Below the pieces are notes generated by a model. That model had not been told where the DNA came from. It did not search any database and was given only the letters and a program-made list of their open reading frames with translations. A DNA stretch of 64,000 bases from Chrysemys picta bellii (lineage: Eukaryota). The position numbers and the translations under genes are program-made. This document shows, in pieces, positions 13,061 through 26,989 of this stretch. Location: assembly GCF_011386835.1 (NCBI RefSeq), contig NC_088795.1:75950001-76014000 (forward strand). Reading direction: 5' to 3'. The stretch's first letter is position 1; the number at the start of each line of letters is the position of its first letter.

Positions 13061-16000
13061 CTCAGCAACAGGGCCAAGGCTTTGAACACTTTACTGGAGA
13101 AGATTAGAATGTTCTGAAAGCAATGAGATTTGTGGTCAGCATATAAAACCCATTTTTTTAAAAAACTTAGTTTTCCCACCGCTGCAAATGAAACCAGCAA
13201 AAAGGATGAGAGAAGACTATAGTAGAGAAAGATGATTAGGAGGAGGAGGGGACGGAGCAGAGACAGAGAAGAAAGTGGAAGTAATTTATATATATATATA
13301 TATATATAAAGCCCCAACAACTTAAAGAGAAGTAGGGACAAAAATTAACCAAATCAAACGCAGACACTGGTTTCTCTCCCCCAAGAATCACTCAGTTACT
13401 ATGGGGAAGGGTATCATTATAAGAACCTACATAAAATTCGCAAACTATATATGGTGCAAAATAAAGCTCTGATCCTGCTCATGTAATGGGAAATGCACCA
13501 GAATGGGCAGGAAAAGTAAGAATTACTTATTCTGCATGTACTTATAGTGGATCACCTTGTTTTCATTTTGCAAGAGTCAAATACACACACTTCATACTTT
13601 GACAAGCAATGCAGATTTTAAACCTAGTTTTCCACTGACATTTGAATTTTATCCTGTATTTCATATTAATGCTGAAAACGTTCTATTCGAGAGGTCACAA
13701 AGAGCCACTGACAACTTATTGTCATTTTCTTTTGGACTGTGTAATATTCCCCATATTCTGCATGTGTTATATGTTTGAATTACATGTAAATATATTTTCC
13801 TGCTTATAAATTCTTTTGTCTAAGCAGATCAGAGTGCTTATTTCAAATGCTTTATTAATCCAAGCGATCTGTCAAGACCCAGCCAGGCAATATAAAACAC
13901 ATCTTTGGAGCTATTAGAATACCAGCTGCAAGCTTTATCATTTTATTTACTACACACCAGGCAGACTCAAATCCCTTTACTGTAGGCTGAGAAAGAAGGC
14001 ATTATTATCCTTACTCTGAAATATGTACGTTTTCTAATTGCTTGTAAAAGCAGATTCACATTTGTTTTAATCATGTATTTTTAAGATTATGAATAATGCA
14101 AGCACAGAATTAAAATGTGTTAGCTGATTAAATTGTTAACCTTAAAACAGGAGTCCAAAATTATCTCTCAATTCCTAACTATTATATAGTATCCATTAGA
14201 ACAGTTTGAGCTTTTTGCAAAAAAGCTAATTCGTTTTCAGGTTTTTTGTTTTATGAGAGGAGTTGTTTTGTTTTGTTCAACAGAAACAAAAACTTGTGCC
14301 GTGAACAAGAAAACTGAAGGTTGAGGGGTTAGTTCTAGTTGCTGTGACATTTTCCTGAGCTGGTTCTCAGCCAAGTGATCAGCAGTATTCAGAGTCACAA
14401 CAGGGAGAGTTTGGAAAGGGAATGGAGAAAGGAAACTGATTAGTCACAAAGTGTGACCCTACATTTTATATATGAAATGAATTATATATAACACATGTAA
14501 GTAAAAGCAAAATCAATTTCTTTAGTTTTAATCATACAACTTCCTCTCATATCTGGGTCTTGAAGGAAACATGGCTAGTTTCACAAGGAACTGGTATTGT
14601 TTTGGGTAAATATAAAAAGATCAGGGAAGAGAAGGAGCAGCAGCATTGGGGGTTCTTATCCCTAAATCATCATCATTTTTGTGGAATAAAAAGGCAAAAA
14701 GGAAAAAGGCGAAAAAAACAGGGGTAGGCCCATGCTACCAGCCTCAATTTCCTCACTCTTAACAAAAAAAAAGGAGTTTCAGGTATACCAATTCCTACAT
14801 CTTTGTGATGATAATAATCTAGACACTCCATAAAATGGGTTCTGTGCCTTCCTCTGGAGAAGAGTGTGGTCAGTCTAGCATCCAAGACAAAGGGCCTCTG
14901 TTTTGGCATCTGCAAGGAACGAACCTAGCATCTCTGGATTGGAAAGGTATGAGCCTCTAAAAAACTTGAACTAAAGAACCAGGTCCATTAGCGTGACAGT
15001 AGTAGCAGATGCAAACCTCTGTCTCACTACTAGAGAATGGCAAAGAGCCACACTGGGTTAGCGAGAGTTACATAAGCACATAATTTAATCCATTTCTTCT
15101 GAGACAGTTTGGCAACATGGAGGAGATTTGAGTCGTCATATCAGAGCATGGGATTCCATTCACAGATCTGCCTGAAGTCATCTCATGCACACGCTCAGTT
15201 ACCTTATGTGTAAAATGTAACAATGATAGTTGCACCCCCTGACTGTAGTGCTACACGGTCTGGCTTAATATTTCCATTTGTTATGTACCCTTTAACAGCA
15301 GTCCAAGGCAGAATCAAGACTCAAACTAATGTCCTCTTGATTTACAGTTGAGGGTGCGTTCCCCAAGGCTACAGAGTACTGTATGGTGTACTATATGGGC
15401 AAATCTCCATGGATATTTATACACACATTTTACAACATGCACAAATTAAATAAAAATAAAATTTAGTAGTTGCTCTTTTCGTGTAAAATTATGCAGGCAA
15501 TGTCAAGTATGCACACAAAAACGTGAATGGATTAAAGCAGCATTTTTCTCACAGTGTAGAATGTACCCCATCACAGGGCGTAAAGGTCCTTTATTGTCCT
15601 CAATTGTTCTCCAGAGTCCCAGCTTTCATTTTTTTAAAGAAAGTAAGTCACTATCTCTTATGGTTGCAAAGAAAACATTGAAACATGATATCAGCATATG
15701 TGATGAAACAATATGCCCTTGAGTACAGAGAGTCTAAAACAGTAAGCGCTGAGATGTGAACTGCTCCATTCATTTGCTATTTCTGCTCCATTCATTTCTG
15801 TTATATTTCAGATATTAATACTTATCTATTTCACTGCTCAACATTTGTAAGAAATAAGAGGAATCATCATATTATGAAGATCAATACAATCTATTCCAAG
15901 TGACCACTGACTTTGGATAGCCCTTTAACATCAGATGGCAGGGTTTTAGAGGGAAGGGGCAATTGGTTTCATTTTCCTGAAGAGGGGCTCAGCTCTGAAA

Positions 16001-16071
16001 AGTTTTGGAAACAATGGATTACATGATTAAATATTGCCATTAAATATTATATTGCCATGGGAATATTTTAG

Positions 16072-16074
<3 letters not shown>

Positions 16075-16106
<32 letters not shown>
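16075..16106. repeat. (GA)n microsatellite
   Basis: Direct reading. Confidence 0.9.
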
Positions 16107-16111
<5 letters not shown>

Positions 16112-16689
16112 TGATAGGCCAAAACTGTAGACCTCTTTGCAACCCAAAAGGGCTCAAAACACAGAAGAAATAGTGTGGTTCCAGTACCCTGGGCAGGCTA
16201 GGGCATGTAATCATACTGGGAGAAGAGTGCATGCTTCTGTGCAGTATGTAACAACTCTCTTTACTGAAACACCGGGGCACTGGTGGTGAAGCTGTAGGAC
16301 CTTGGCTCCAGTGAACAATCATCCTGCATAATTTGGGGAATGAGGAGCACAGTGGGCAAGAGCCATTACTATACAACCTAGGTTGCAGTAACATCCAGGT
16401 TGCAAAAGGTGCGCCACACTCTGCCTCTGAAGGGGAAGTGGAGAACAGGAAAGGGATTCTACCCCAAAGCACATACATGTAAGGTCCACTTCAAATCAGA
16501 TTTTGTACAAGGGACCAGAGTTTCATCTTACTGATTGCAAATACTAAAATGTTTCTATAAGCAGGTTTGGATTATGAGAAGGAGGGTCTGTGAATTGCAG
16601 TTCCACTCTGAAAATTGACTGTGCACCTGACTTCAGAGGATTTGATATTTATTGTCCTACCATGTTTCCCCATAAAATGTGCTTAGTTT

Positions 16690-17745
16690 ACATGTACAAG
16701 ATGTCACAGATTGAAGAGCTGGCTGTCCATGCAATACTCAATCTCAACTCCAGAAGAAAGGCAGTCACAAATAAAAATCAAGATCATGACAAGACAGATG
16801 GAAAAAAGGGTTGAGCAGTAACACAGCTTAACACCAGCACAGATGGTGAACGGATCTATCTTCAACCCATACAGAGGATGGTGGCAGTCATCCCATAAAG
16901 TAACCGGAGATCACAAATGAACTTCAATGGACAATTGAACCTAGACAGCACCTTCCATAATGCTTCACGATTGATAGAATCAAAAGGCCTTAGTTAGGGC
17001 AATAAATGCCATAAACAATGGCTGGTATTGTTCTCTACACTTCTCTTAGCTCTGTCGTGCAACAAAAATCATGTCGGTGATGCCCTGAGACAGTCTGAAA
17101 CCACATTGGGATTCTGGAAGGACATCTTCGGCAAGAGGGAGGAGACTGTTCAAAGGGATGCAAGCAAGGATTTTCCCGACAATGGAGAAGAGGGCAATAC
17201 CTCAGTAATTCCTGCACATTGATGTGTCCCCTTTCTTAAAATGGTCACAATATTGGCATTCTTGAGGTCAGGTAGAATTTCCTCATTAAGAAGTTGATGA
17301 AGTTTTTGCACAAGTGCTATTCTACCAGCTTTGAAGACCTCCATGGGAATGCCATCTGGGCCTGGCGTCGTTTTGTTTCTACCCTGAAACTTCTACCAAA
17401 CTTCCTCAGAAGATGGGGAGGGGGAACAGCAAGAGGTTCTATTACTAGATGCTGAGGAATGAACTCAATGGTGGCAGCTGAGACTTCAGATTCATGGTTC
17501 AAGAGAGTCTCAAAATGCTCCTTCCAACATTGCTTGAGGGCCACATTGTCCTTGAGAAGAGTGGAATTGTCCTGGGATCACACAGGGATTGTGCCATTTG
17601 AACTTGGCCTGTAGATGGCTTTCATTGCTTGAAAAAAGTTTCTCATGTCATGTTGAACAGCGAAACTCTGGATCTCCCTGGCCTTTGCTTGCTGCCACTG
17701 ATTCTTGATGTCACGCAGCCTCCTTTGAACTACAGCTTTAAGCCA
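16690..17745 (-). mobile_element. RTE-clade LINE reverse-transcriptase fragment (decayed)
   Basis: ORFs 17317..17544 (WKEHFETLLN) and 17150..17344 (GPDGIPMEVFK..ANIVTI), plus KAFDSINREALWKVL near 16960-17000, are typical RTE RT motifs; frameshifted. Confidence 0.85.
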
Positions 17746-17923
17746 ATAAGTAACCTGTAAACTATGAACTAGACTCCTCAGCCATCTTAAGTCTCATCAA
17801 TGATTTTTCCCCTGGCAGACATCATCCTTGTATCAAGGAATAGACAACATGTCAAAGATATTTTATCCTTAACTGGCAGCCTTGCTTACTCAAACTGGGA
17901 TGAGCATTAAGTGAAGTTCTTAC

Positions 17924-18003
17924 CCTCAGTGACACCTGTGCAACATCATTGTTTTCAATGGAGTTGAAGAGGTGCAACGGATTACTAAATTTCATTTGCA
18001 GGG
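17924..18003 (-). CDS. candidate exon C of compact 3-exon cluster
   Basis: Acceptor ttgtttag, donor AGG|gtaaga; 90-nt intron to exon B. Confidence 0.5.
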
Positions 18004-18093
18004 CTAAACAATTATGGGGATACACAAAAAGCTCTCTCTTATCTGTGTGGGCTGCGATGCTCTAACAAAAAGTAAAAAGCAGTAAAAACTTAC

Positions 18094-18182
18094 TTGTGTC
18101 ACACTTGTAGGCTGACTGACAGAATACACAAAGGGAGCAGCTCTGTTGAGTAAAAGTGCTTTTTCTACAGTGACTCTTAAGA
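18094..18182 (-). CDS. candidate exon B of compact 3-exon cluster
   Basis: Acceptor ctttctttggttctag, donor CAA|gtaagt; flanked by 88- and 90-nt introns. Confidence 0.55.
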
Positions 18183-18270
18183 CTAGAACCAAAGAAAGTA
18201 CAGTGAAGCCAAGAATCCCACAGAGCAAATTTATACATCGATACAAAAATTCCTTTTTGATCTCACATAC

Positions 18271-18291
18271 CAGCAAGGTTTTGACGGAGAT
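18271..18291 (-). CDS. candidate 21-nt micro-exon A
   Basis: Acceptor gtttgttag, donor CTG|gtatgt; keeps frame with B and C. Confidence 0.45.
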
Positions 18292-20708
18292 CTAACAAAC
18301 AGACCATTGTAAATCTCTGTAAGGAGATTTCAAAAGTTAAACACAAAGGAGCCATACTTTGTCTGTAATAGTACAACTTGTATTTTCCATAACTTTCTAA
18401 GCAGCAATCTTATTTCTAACCAAAGTCGTAACTTACACAAACTATTCCAAGGGGAACCACTGTATGGCCTGATTCTGAGGGATGCTTAACACCCACAATA
18501 CCAGTGATTTTTCAATTATGCTCGGGATTAGATTCCCAAATTATATATTAATTTTCCTTTAGATTTATAGCTGAAAAAAGCTAACCACACATGAATGTTA
18601 TTTATTAAGTCACACACATTTTCCAGCAGTTCTGGAAACTACAGATTTTAGTACCCATTGAGATACCTTGCTCAATCACAGCATTAACACAAAGACATTT
18701 AACATGAAATGAATAAACAAGCCAAGAAATAAGACATGACTGAGACAGTAAGAGCCCAAAAATTAATCAGCTAGAGGTAACTTTTTAAAATACATATATT
18801 TAGGGTTGTTTTTACCTTGCAAAAAGATAAAGCCAAACAAACACTGAGCTCAAATCAAAATAAAAAGGGTGAAAAAGTGCTATTTAACTTGTGGGATTGT
18901 GCAGCTCAAACTGCCAATGCCTTCCCAAAGCAAACCAACAAAGTACACTAGATACACTAAGTACGCAAGTAATATGTATGAATCTCTACCTTTAAAACTC
19001 ATCATTAAAATGACAATTAAAACTTTGAAAATGAGGCAAATATGCTCATTTTACACAATGAGGCATCTACATCAAAAGCAACAACAACAAAAATTCTCTT
19101 TTCAAAAATTCAACTATTAAAAAAAAAAAAAGTGATGGTGAGAGCCATCTGCCCGCAATCACTTTTCCTGTTATCTATGTTGGTAGCAGGAGTTCCTAGG
19201 AGGAATTCAGATAGAGTTGCACACCAATCAGCAGCCAGGCTAATCCTGCCCCTTCCTGTTCCCCAGCAGTATTACGGGCCAACACAAAGTTACATTTAAG
19301 ACTAAGCACACTACTAGACTCTATCCCTAAACACATATTACTGATTGACACTAAGTGCTATCAGTATTTCTAGTATCTACCATCAGATACTAATACCAGT
19401 AATGTTAGTGACAATGCAACAAAAATGAATAAATTGACAAGTTATATCAATTTTCAGAAAGTGCTATATCTGCAAAATCAATAATGAAGGTGCCATTTAG
19501 TAACTTAGTACTAAATATCAAGATTAATACAGGCCTGTATTGTAGAACAGCCACATCTCCACTAATAGCCATTCAGTTCTTCTGTTAAAAAATAGATTCT
19601 CCCTGTCCCAGTCAAGATAGCCAATAGATGTGACTGTGTATGTTCTGTTCAAAACAAGATAAGTAACACGTTACTACAATCTGTATATAGTCCAACCCTA
19701 ACTCACTCCCTTTCTGAGGCTTGTCTTCATTGGTAATTCAAACCACCACCACCGCCAGAGAAAAACCTCAACTTAAATTTTCTCTTCTAGTTTAGCTATT
19801 CCTTCTTGAAAAGACATTTTACTTCAAAGAAAGTAGAAATAGTAGAAATTACTGAAGTAATATAATTACTTGGTCACAAAATATTCAAAATATGAAATAT
19901 AGTCACATAGCAGCTTCAGCTTCTGCTAACCGGTGAGAGGAGAACACTTTATATTAAGAAATTGAAAATTACTGTCTGAGGTTTGGGTCTGCAGAGTTGC
20001 ATACGCAAATTGAGAGTGCCTCACATTCCTAATATGCTATCAAGCTCATGACTTAATCAGGACAGAATACCAAATAAATCCTATTAATTATTCACAGGAA
20101 ATATTTTTAAGTCCATAATCTTCCCCTGAGGCATATCAATTGTCACTTTTATTTATGTCAAAGACTATGTCTGATTGGGTTTCTAGATGTGGCCAAGAGA
20201 ACAGAAGTAAATATCTTTCAGACTTAAGTACAACTGTTCAGAATAAAGATTCATTTCTCTGGGAGGAGACTGGAGAAGTACAGAAGCAGAGTGTCTATTC
20301 TTACCCTGTAAAGGAAAGGGCTATATTTAAAAAGGAAAAATATGTTTTCTGTTATTATGAAGGTGTTATGAGCTAGGGGCTCACAAAACAGTTAATGAAA
20401 ATATGGCCTCCAATGTTGATCAGTTTGGGAAGACATACAAAACACGAGTTGATTCATTAGAATGTCAATGCTCTGTTAGCTTTCTTTCATTCCTCTCTTT
20501 CTTTGTACTTTGATTATTTCCTTAGAACTTACCTTTATAACAATTTGGCACAGTTACAGAAATTAAAACATAAGTCGACTATAAAAGAATCAACCAACAG
20601 TCAACCAAATAATACACAAAATAAGCAGGCCTTGCCTCAGAAAAAGATAACACATTGCCAAGAGGAGCAAATTTCAAAGGCAAGGGCCTCTAATTGAGAC
20701 TATCTGGC

Positions 20709-20946
20709 CAAGCGGCAGCTCCAGGCACCAGAGATCCAAGCGCGTGCCCGGGGGGCGCCCTGCCAGTCCCTGCAAGGGCAGCAGTCAGGCAGCCTTCGGC
20801 AGCATGCCTGCGGGAGGTCCGCCAGTCCCGCGGATTCGGCGGCGGGTACACCAAAGCCGCGGGACCGGCGGACCTCCCACAGGTGCGCCGCCGAAAGCCG
20901 CCTGCCTGCTGTGCTTGAGGCAGCAAAAAAGCTAGAGCCGCCCCTG
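20709..20946. mobile_element. GC/CpG-rich hAT-type MITE with internal inverted repeat
   Basis: End ctagagccgcccctg and a degenerate matching start; same family as 32436-32884; TSD not seen. Confidence 0.7.
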
Positions 20947-22005
20947 AACTTGCCAATGGTCACAGAATATTCAAAGATAGGAGCGGGCAACAAGAATCTC
21001 CCAGCCAACTGCTGCTATGGTTATAAGGTGAGAAGTGCACTCTCATAACTAGATGCCCGACTATTCAGAGCTTTAAAGGTCACAAGTACCCCAGCTTTAT
21101 TCCCTAGAATGTGTCTTCTGTACACCATGATAATGTTATGGATGATGCTGGAGAGAGGTGTAAAGGAGGAGGATGTAGGACAAATGTGATATTTATCATG
21201 ATTCACAAATTACTGGTTCTACTAGACTAGTGACAGTGAGACTCAATGGATGAGAAATAAATAAATTCTGAACACTCTGGAGCCTGCTAAGATTCACCAG
21301 TCTCCAAGGGTAGACTGCAGAATGGTTCCACTCCCAAAATGGAGCAAGAAAAGGCTCAGTCTTAAGGAGATGATGATGTAATCAGGACATAGTTATTCAT
21401 CACATCCTATTTCCTGCTCCAACCCCAAAAGTTTAGTGTTTCTAGGCAAGTGATTGTAACTAAGGATTCCCGATACTGACATCATGCAATTTATTCAACT
21501 CATTAATATCAATGGACACTCCACACACAAGTGCAAGAAAGCACATGGTCCTTGGTGTGGAATGGCACAAAAAACTTTTGACTGAAATGTAATTCTCTCA
21601 GCCAGACTGCAGAGATGGTGTCGATTACTGACTTGCAGCTGAATGATAATTTCCATTAAACAATATATAAATCCTTGCACTTGATTTGGTACAGCCCTTG
21701 TACCTCATAACATACACTTTCCATCACTTTTAATTATAACTACAAATAATAACCAATTAGGTCTCAAACTTATTATTTGCATTATTGGAACACTCAGAGG
21801 CCTTATTAGCCTGTTGGGCTAGTCATTGTGCAGAGATGGGTTAAAAAGGAACTCCCTTCCCCACAGAGTTTCAGAGCCTACAATCTTGCTTTATGGCAAG
21901 ACAACAGGTGAACAAAAGAAACAACTTTGAGGGTAGAAAAAAGGAGGATGAGATAACAGCAAAATGAGCAGGTTTTGAACAAAAAGCCCAGTTGTCGCAG
22001 CTTAC

Positions 22006-22132
22006 CACCGACCAAACATTTATCATTAGACATTTTAGTATAATGACTTTAAAAGGGTGTTCCATGTTAGTTCGGTAATAATCATATATTTGGATAATAA
22101 ATTATTTGCTTTCAGGTGGTGAATTTGGTTAG
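22006..22132 (-). other. candidate exon with strong-Kozak ATG (MEHPFKVIILKCLMINVWSV)
   Basis: Acceptor gtatttctag, donor GTG|gtaagc; aacATGG at 22065. All three frames have stops if read from the acceptor, so it is a 5'UTR/start exon if real. Confidence 0.3.
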
Positions 22133-23089
22133 CTAGAAATACAGTTGTATCAAAAACAAGCAGTATGGTACCATTTACAGTTAACTGAACACAGATTATT
22201 TCTGAACCATAACCTTTCCGTGCACATAACTGCTTTTAAGTTTAATAAGAGATTTGTTTATGTAAAGAACTTCAGATCTGTCCCTTATTGATAACTTGTC
22301 ACCAGTCCCCTTCCCCACTCCCAAGAGTCTGATTCCCAGCTCTGAAATAAAAATAGTAGTAATTGTGGACTTTAATGAACAGTCATTACAAGATTTTTTT
22401 CCCCCTCTGTCTACAGATATTCAATTATGCTTTCTCTTTTGGTCTTTACACATGTACTGAATAAGCATATCTGTTGATGCAGTGTAAAGAATATAACTTC
22501 ATGCTTTCTCACTTTGCATTTATGCACCTATTCAGTAATTTTCCAATAACAATTCAAACATTTCTGTTTTGAATTTATTGGCAGGATAGTTTGTTTTCAA
22601 AAACATGAATAAGAGGTGGTTGCTAATGGTTTGTATCTTAATAGAGTTCCCTTTTAGTCTGTAAAATTAGTTCTGGAATGAAATTAAATAAATGTTTAAT
22701 TACAGCAGAATATCCAAGACTAAAAACTCTTGCTGTTTTCATCTACCACATCTGGTGATGTGATAGAATAATTAAGTTCCTTGTAGTATAAGGGTGACCA
22801 AAAAATTCAAGAGCTCGTTGTAGAGATAGGAGTAGTATTTCCTTAGCCTCACTCCTCTGACTGTATGAAATCCTTAAATCAAGGAAAACTCACCTGTGGC
22901 CATGACATGTGTGGCCACTTACCAAAACCTGAGCAGGCTGTTTCAGCATGTGTTATTTTATGAAGTAAATTTCAGCAGGCTCTGTACAGCATGATGAGAG
23001 ATAATGAAGTGTGGTCATCCCTGTGGCTCCATCCTCAATTCATATCATCCCCTGAACAAGGCAGAATGAGGCTTTTGCAGTCTCTTTAC

Positions 23090-23151
23090 CCCTTTCAGCA
23101 GATAATGGCCAATTTTGGCTGGTACTGCATTAGCAGTTTCAGGCTGCTTCA
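23090..23151 (-). CDS. candidate exon (KQPETANAVPAKIGHYLLKG), in phase with ATG-G of exon 1
   Basis: Acceptor atttctctttgtggag, donor GGG|gtaaag. Confidence 0.3.
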
Positions 23152-24532
23152 CTCCACAAAGAGAAATAGACAGTGCCGCCCCCCGTTTTAAAACTGTATT
23201 CACTCATTTTAGTTGAATCATCGTGTCTTCTCTGTAGCAAATCATAGCAGTAAAGGCAGGAACTTTCTAACTCTGCAAGATCTAATGGGGCCTAATTCTA
23301 CAGTTCTTAAACAGGTAAAACATCAAAGACAATAATAAAATCCAATATCAATGTCACATCTGCAAACATCTTCGCTGATAAGAAATGTTCATAGTTTACC
23401 AAAAAACTTACATTCAAACACATTGTAGCACCCAACCTATACATAATGCACATGCCAAAACATGACATTAACATGATATACTAAACATTGCTAAAAACAC
23501 AAATATTTGCACGCAAGCTACATTGCTAAAAGATGTTCCAGTCTCTTATGTATATACTGCATGTTTTGAAAGCTATCTAGATGTTTTACAAACAAGAAAA
23601 AACTTCAGTTAAATATAAAAGCTTATGTTTAAAATTCAACAATCAGTCTCTCATGAGACTTATTTCAGATAATAAGATTGGTTTCTGGGTCCTCCATTTA
23701 TTCTAATTGTGTTCAAATGACTCATTGGGTTTTAATTTGTTTATATACTGTAGGCATATGCCCTGCTCATGATGGTTACAATTATACATTTACTGAGGCT
23801 CCAACCTGCAAACACTTACACACATGTAACTTTATGTACCTAAGTAGTCTCATCAAGTTCAGTGAAACTATTTTTGTGAATAGTTAAACATATGAGTATT
23901 TGCACAATCCAGACCAAAAAAAGTTTCACTTATCATTAAGAAATAAGGTCCGCATCCTACTCCCAATGAAGTCAACAGAAAAACTCCCATTAATTCAGTG
24001 TCACATAGCTGGTCCCTCCATAGTCTCAGATGATGATTAGATAAAAGTCTGATGCAGTGACAAAACTAATCCTGCTTCAAATTTCTGTATAAACAACATT
24101 TCAGAAAATTATATTGAGCAACATAAAGCTCAGTTAGTGTCAACAGTCAGCAATTACTCCAAGTTTGCCATATACCAATTCCAGGATATGCTTGGATGCA
24201 GCTCAAGCCTTTCTGCCTGAACAAAACTTATGTAGAATGGGGGAAAAAAAAGAAAAAGAAAAAAAGACATAACCATACAGTGATTAGACTTATATAAAAT
24301 AAGTTCCAAACAAGTTTTGCTTTTCTCCCCCACACCAACACATGTTGAACAAACACCTAAAAAAATATATATATATATGGCAGACGAAAAGAAGAGCTGT
24401 GTAATCCAGACAACTCTTTCTGATCACAGGAGTTGAAGAACAGTAGCTGTTACCTAAATTGGATCTTGAAAGATCTGATTGAAAATAAAAGTGTATACAT
24501 ATTTTTAAATAAGGTAAATCATAGAATCATAG

Positions 24533-24657
24533 GTTTCAGAGTAGCAGCCGTGTTAGTCTGTATCCGCAAAAAGAAGAACAGGAGGACTTGTGGCACCTTA
24601 GAGACTAACAAATTTGTTAGTCTCTAAGGTGCCACAAGTCCTCCTGTTCTTCTTTTT
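24533..24657. mobile_element. Penelope-like fragment with 90-bp perfect palindrome
   Basis: Palindrome 24568-24657 centred on aaattt; flanked by a 14-bp duplication tcatagaatcatag. Confidence 0.75.
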
Positions 24658-24746
24658 TCATAGAATCATAGAACATCAGGGCTGGAAGGGACCTCAGGAG
24701 GTCATCTAATCCAACCCCCTGCTCAAAGCAGGACCAATCCCCAATG
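24658..24746 (-). mobile_element. CR1 LINE 3' end
   Basis: (CATAGAAT)n tail plus ggaagggacctcaggaggtcatc..ccaaccccctgctcaaagcagg. Confidence 0.85.
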
Positions 24747-24993
24747 CAGGGCCGGTGCTTCCATTTAGGCGACCTAGGCGGTTGCCTAGGGCACCAGGAT
24801 TTGGGGGGGGGCGGCATTTTGCCGCCCTTGGCGGCAATTTGGCGGTGGGGGGTCCTTCCGCGCGCCAGGTCTTCGGCAGCAATTCTGCAGCAGGTCCTTC
24901 ACTCGCTCCAGGACCCACCGCCGAAGTGCCCCAAAGACCAGGAGTGCGGAAGGACCGCCGCCTAGGGCGCCAAAAACCCTGGCGCTGCTTCTG
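24747..24993. mobile_element. GC-rich hAT MITE
   Basis: Perfect 8-bp TSD ccccaatg (24739-24746, 24994-25001); ends cagggccgg / gcttctg. Confidence 0.85.
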
Positions 24994-25828
24994 CCCCAAT
25001 GCTAGATATTATCTATCACTATAGTTCTGTAACATATCCAGTCTTTCTTTGCCTGTGATATCTCATATCAGGATTTTCTGGTTTTAAGCAAGTCCCCAGT
25101 GAAAGGAAAGAATTCAAGTGTGACCCTAATGATCACCCTTCACAATCAAGAATATTTCAGTTAAATCCTTCCTCCCATTGATTTCTCTGGGGCTAGGATT
25201 TCACCCTTTGATTTCACCCTACTGCACTGAATTCATTTTTTGTTTGATTCCCATAAAACAATGTATTACTATACTCCTTACTGCATGTAAGAGCCATAAC
25301 TTTTCCCAATTTGCAAAGATGAAGCTCACAATTTCAGAGTCTGGTCCATTACGAGTTATATTCACCGATTGCTTTGGCCTCCACAGGAGAGTCAGACATA
25401 AAAATGATATTACACAACCCAGTGATCAGGAGAACAAGACAAATATGACACCATATTTAACGGAAGTTATTTTTTGCTGGCATACTGTTGTTTCATAGCC
25501 TTACTAGTGTGAGTGTACTGGTGACATATGAATAAAAAGTAAATGAGAGTTCTGTGTGAGATGCAAGTCAAATTGCTTTATAACCCTCCATACTTCTATT
25601 GAGTGTAGGTCTTGCAAGGCATTGGAATACTCCAAATTCCCACAGCTCATGGGCATTATCCCTTCCTTCACACAAGAAAGAAGAAAAGTTCTGTGTAAGC
25701 TTGAACACTTGTCTCTTTAATCAACAGAGGTTTATCCAGTAAAAGATATTACCTCCCCCACTATGGTTCTCTAAGATCCCAGGATCAACACACTACAACA
25801 ATACTGCAAACAGAGATAAGTCACTTAC

Positions 25829-25920
25829 CTCTGCTTTCCCTGCAGCAGTATGTGTTACGTTATGACACTATGCTCAGTCCCAGGATAATACTTAGACTGC
25901 AAGGTAGCAGCTCACACTTT
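25829..25920 (-). other. 92-nt non-coding (5'UTR or poison) exon
   Basis: Strong acceptor cttctgtttcctcccctcag and donor GAG|gtaagt; stops in all three frames. Confidence 0.55.
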
Positions 25921-26989
25921 CTGAGGGGAGGAAACAGAAGTGAAGGGGAAAGAGGAGCAGCTGAGAGAAAACTGGGTAGTGGGAAGAGAAGCAGCAAGAA
26001 GGTAGAATTGGAGATGGAAGGCACTAAGTGGCAGGGAGGGTGAAAGAGGCAGTGGGGGATTAAGGAGCAGAGGTAGATGGCTGGAAGCAGGTAGGCAGAA
26101 GTACCAAGTGGAGAGGTGTTAAGATAGGACAGGCAGTGGGAGCACAGGAAGGACTCAGCAGCTACCCATGATTTAAAGGGAAAAGATACAAAAGATGGAT
26201 ATACCTAGATACTTCTGAGTTTTGGTCCTGGCCCCTCATTCAAAGTCTACTGCCCAATAGAGAACAAGTTAAGACTATTACACAAATAAAATCCAGGTCA
26301 TGATGCACCCCTACTGCAAACCCTGGATCTGGCCGGATCCAGACATTTTTGGTCCCCACTTCAGAAATTCCATTGCTTAGGTAGAGAACAAGTTCAGATG
26401 CTTCTTTTCTATCATTTGTGGAGTCAACAGTACTTTAAGTAGTTGTGACATGTACATTTCCCCCATCTCTTTTTTGAAAGCACTGTTATATCAGGATGTG
26501 TTAGGATCCAGGAGGAGAAGGAGAAACTGCTTATGTATTTGGAAGAAAAACTGCAGGATGTGCAGCCAGTGAAATCCAGCAGGCTACAGATGACTAATTA
26601 GAGTTTTTGCAGCTTTCTTATACTAAGATGTATTGGGTCCAGATCTGGTTTTGGTGGAATAGCAGCACGTGTCTCTTTTGAAGACAGTTTCTGTGTTTGT
26701 GCCGAAAACGTGGCAGGATTCAGGTGTCAGAGGACGGTTTTTGCAGCACTGTGAAATCAGGCTACAGGATTTTTTTTTGCTGTGACAGAAGACGCTCGAC
26801 TTGTTCAGCATTTAAGCAGTGAAATTAGGGGTGCCGGGACCAAAAATTGGCAGGAGCCACCGAGCCAGCATTTCCCCAACCCCTCAGGGAGGGCTCAGCA
26901 GCCGCCCAGGTAAATGAATACACAACAACCCGAAGTAGCTTTGACACACACACACACACACACACACACCCCTCTGCCTTGGCGTTTTG

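Noticed and set aside
18094-18291. Single 198-nt exon reading ISVKTLLVCEIKKEF..PTSVTQ
   Set aside because: Possible, but the internal 88-nt segment has consensus donor and acceptor and the next exon would stop after 3 codons; the three-exon model is preferred, not proven.
25660-25810. Additional hammerhead in an older Penelope-like remnant
   Set aside because: Both core segments (CUGA-GA and GAAA) are mutated; not a credible ribozyme.
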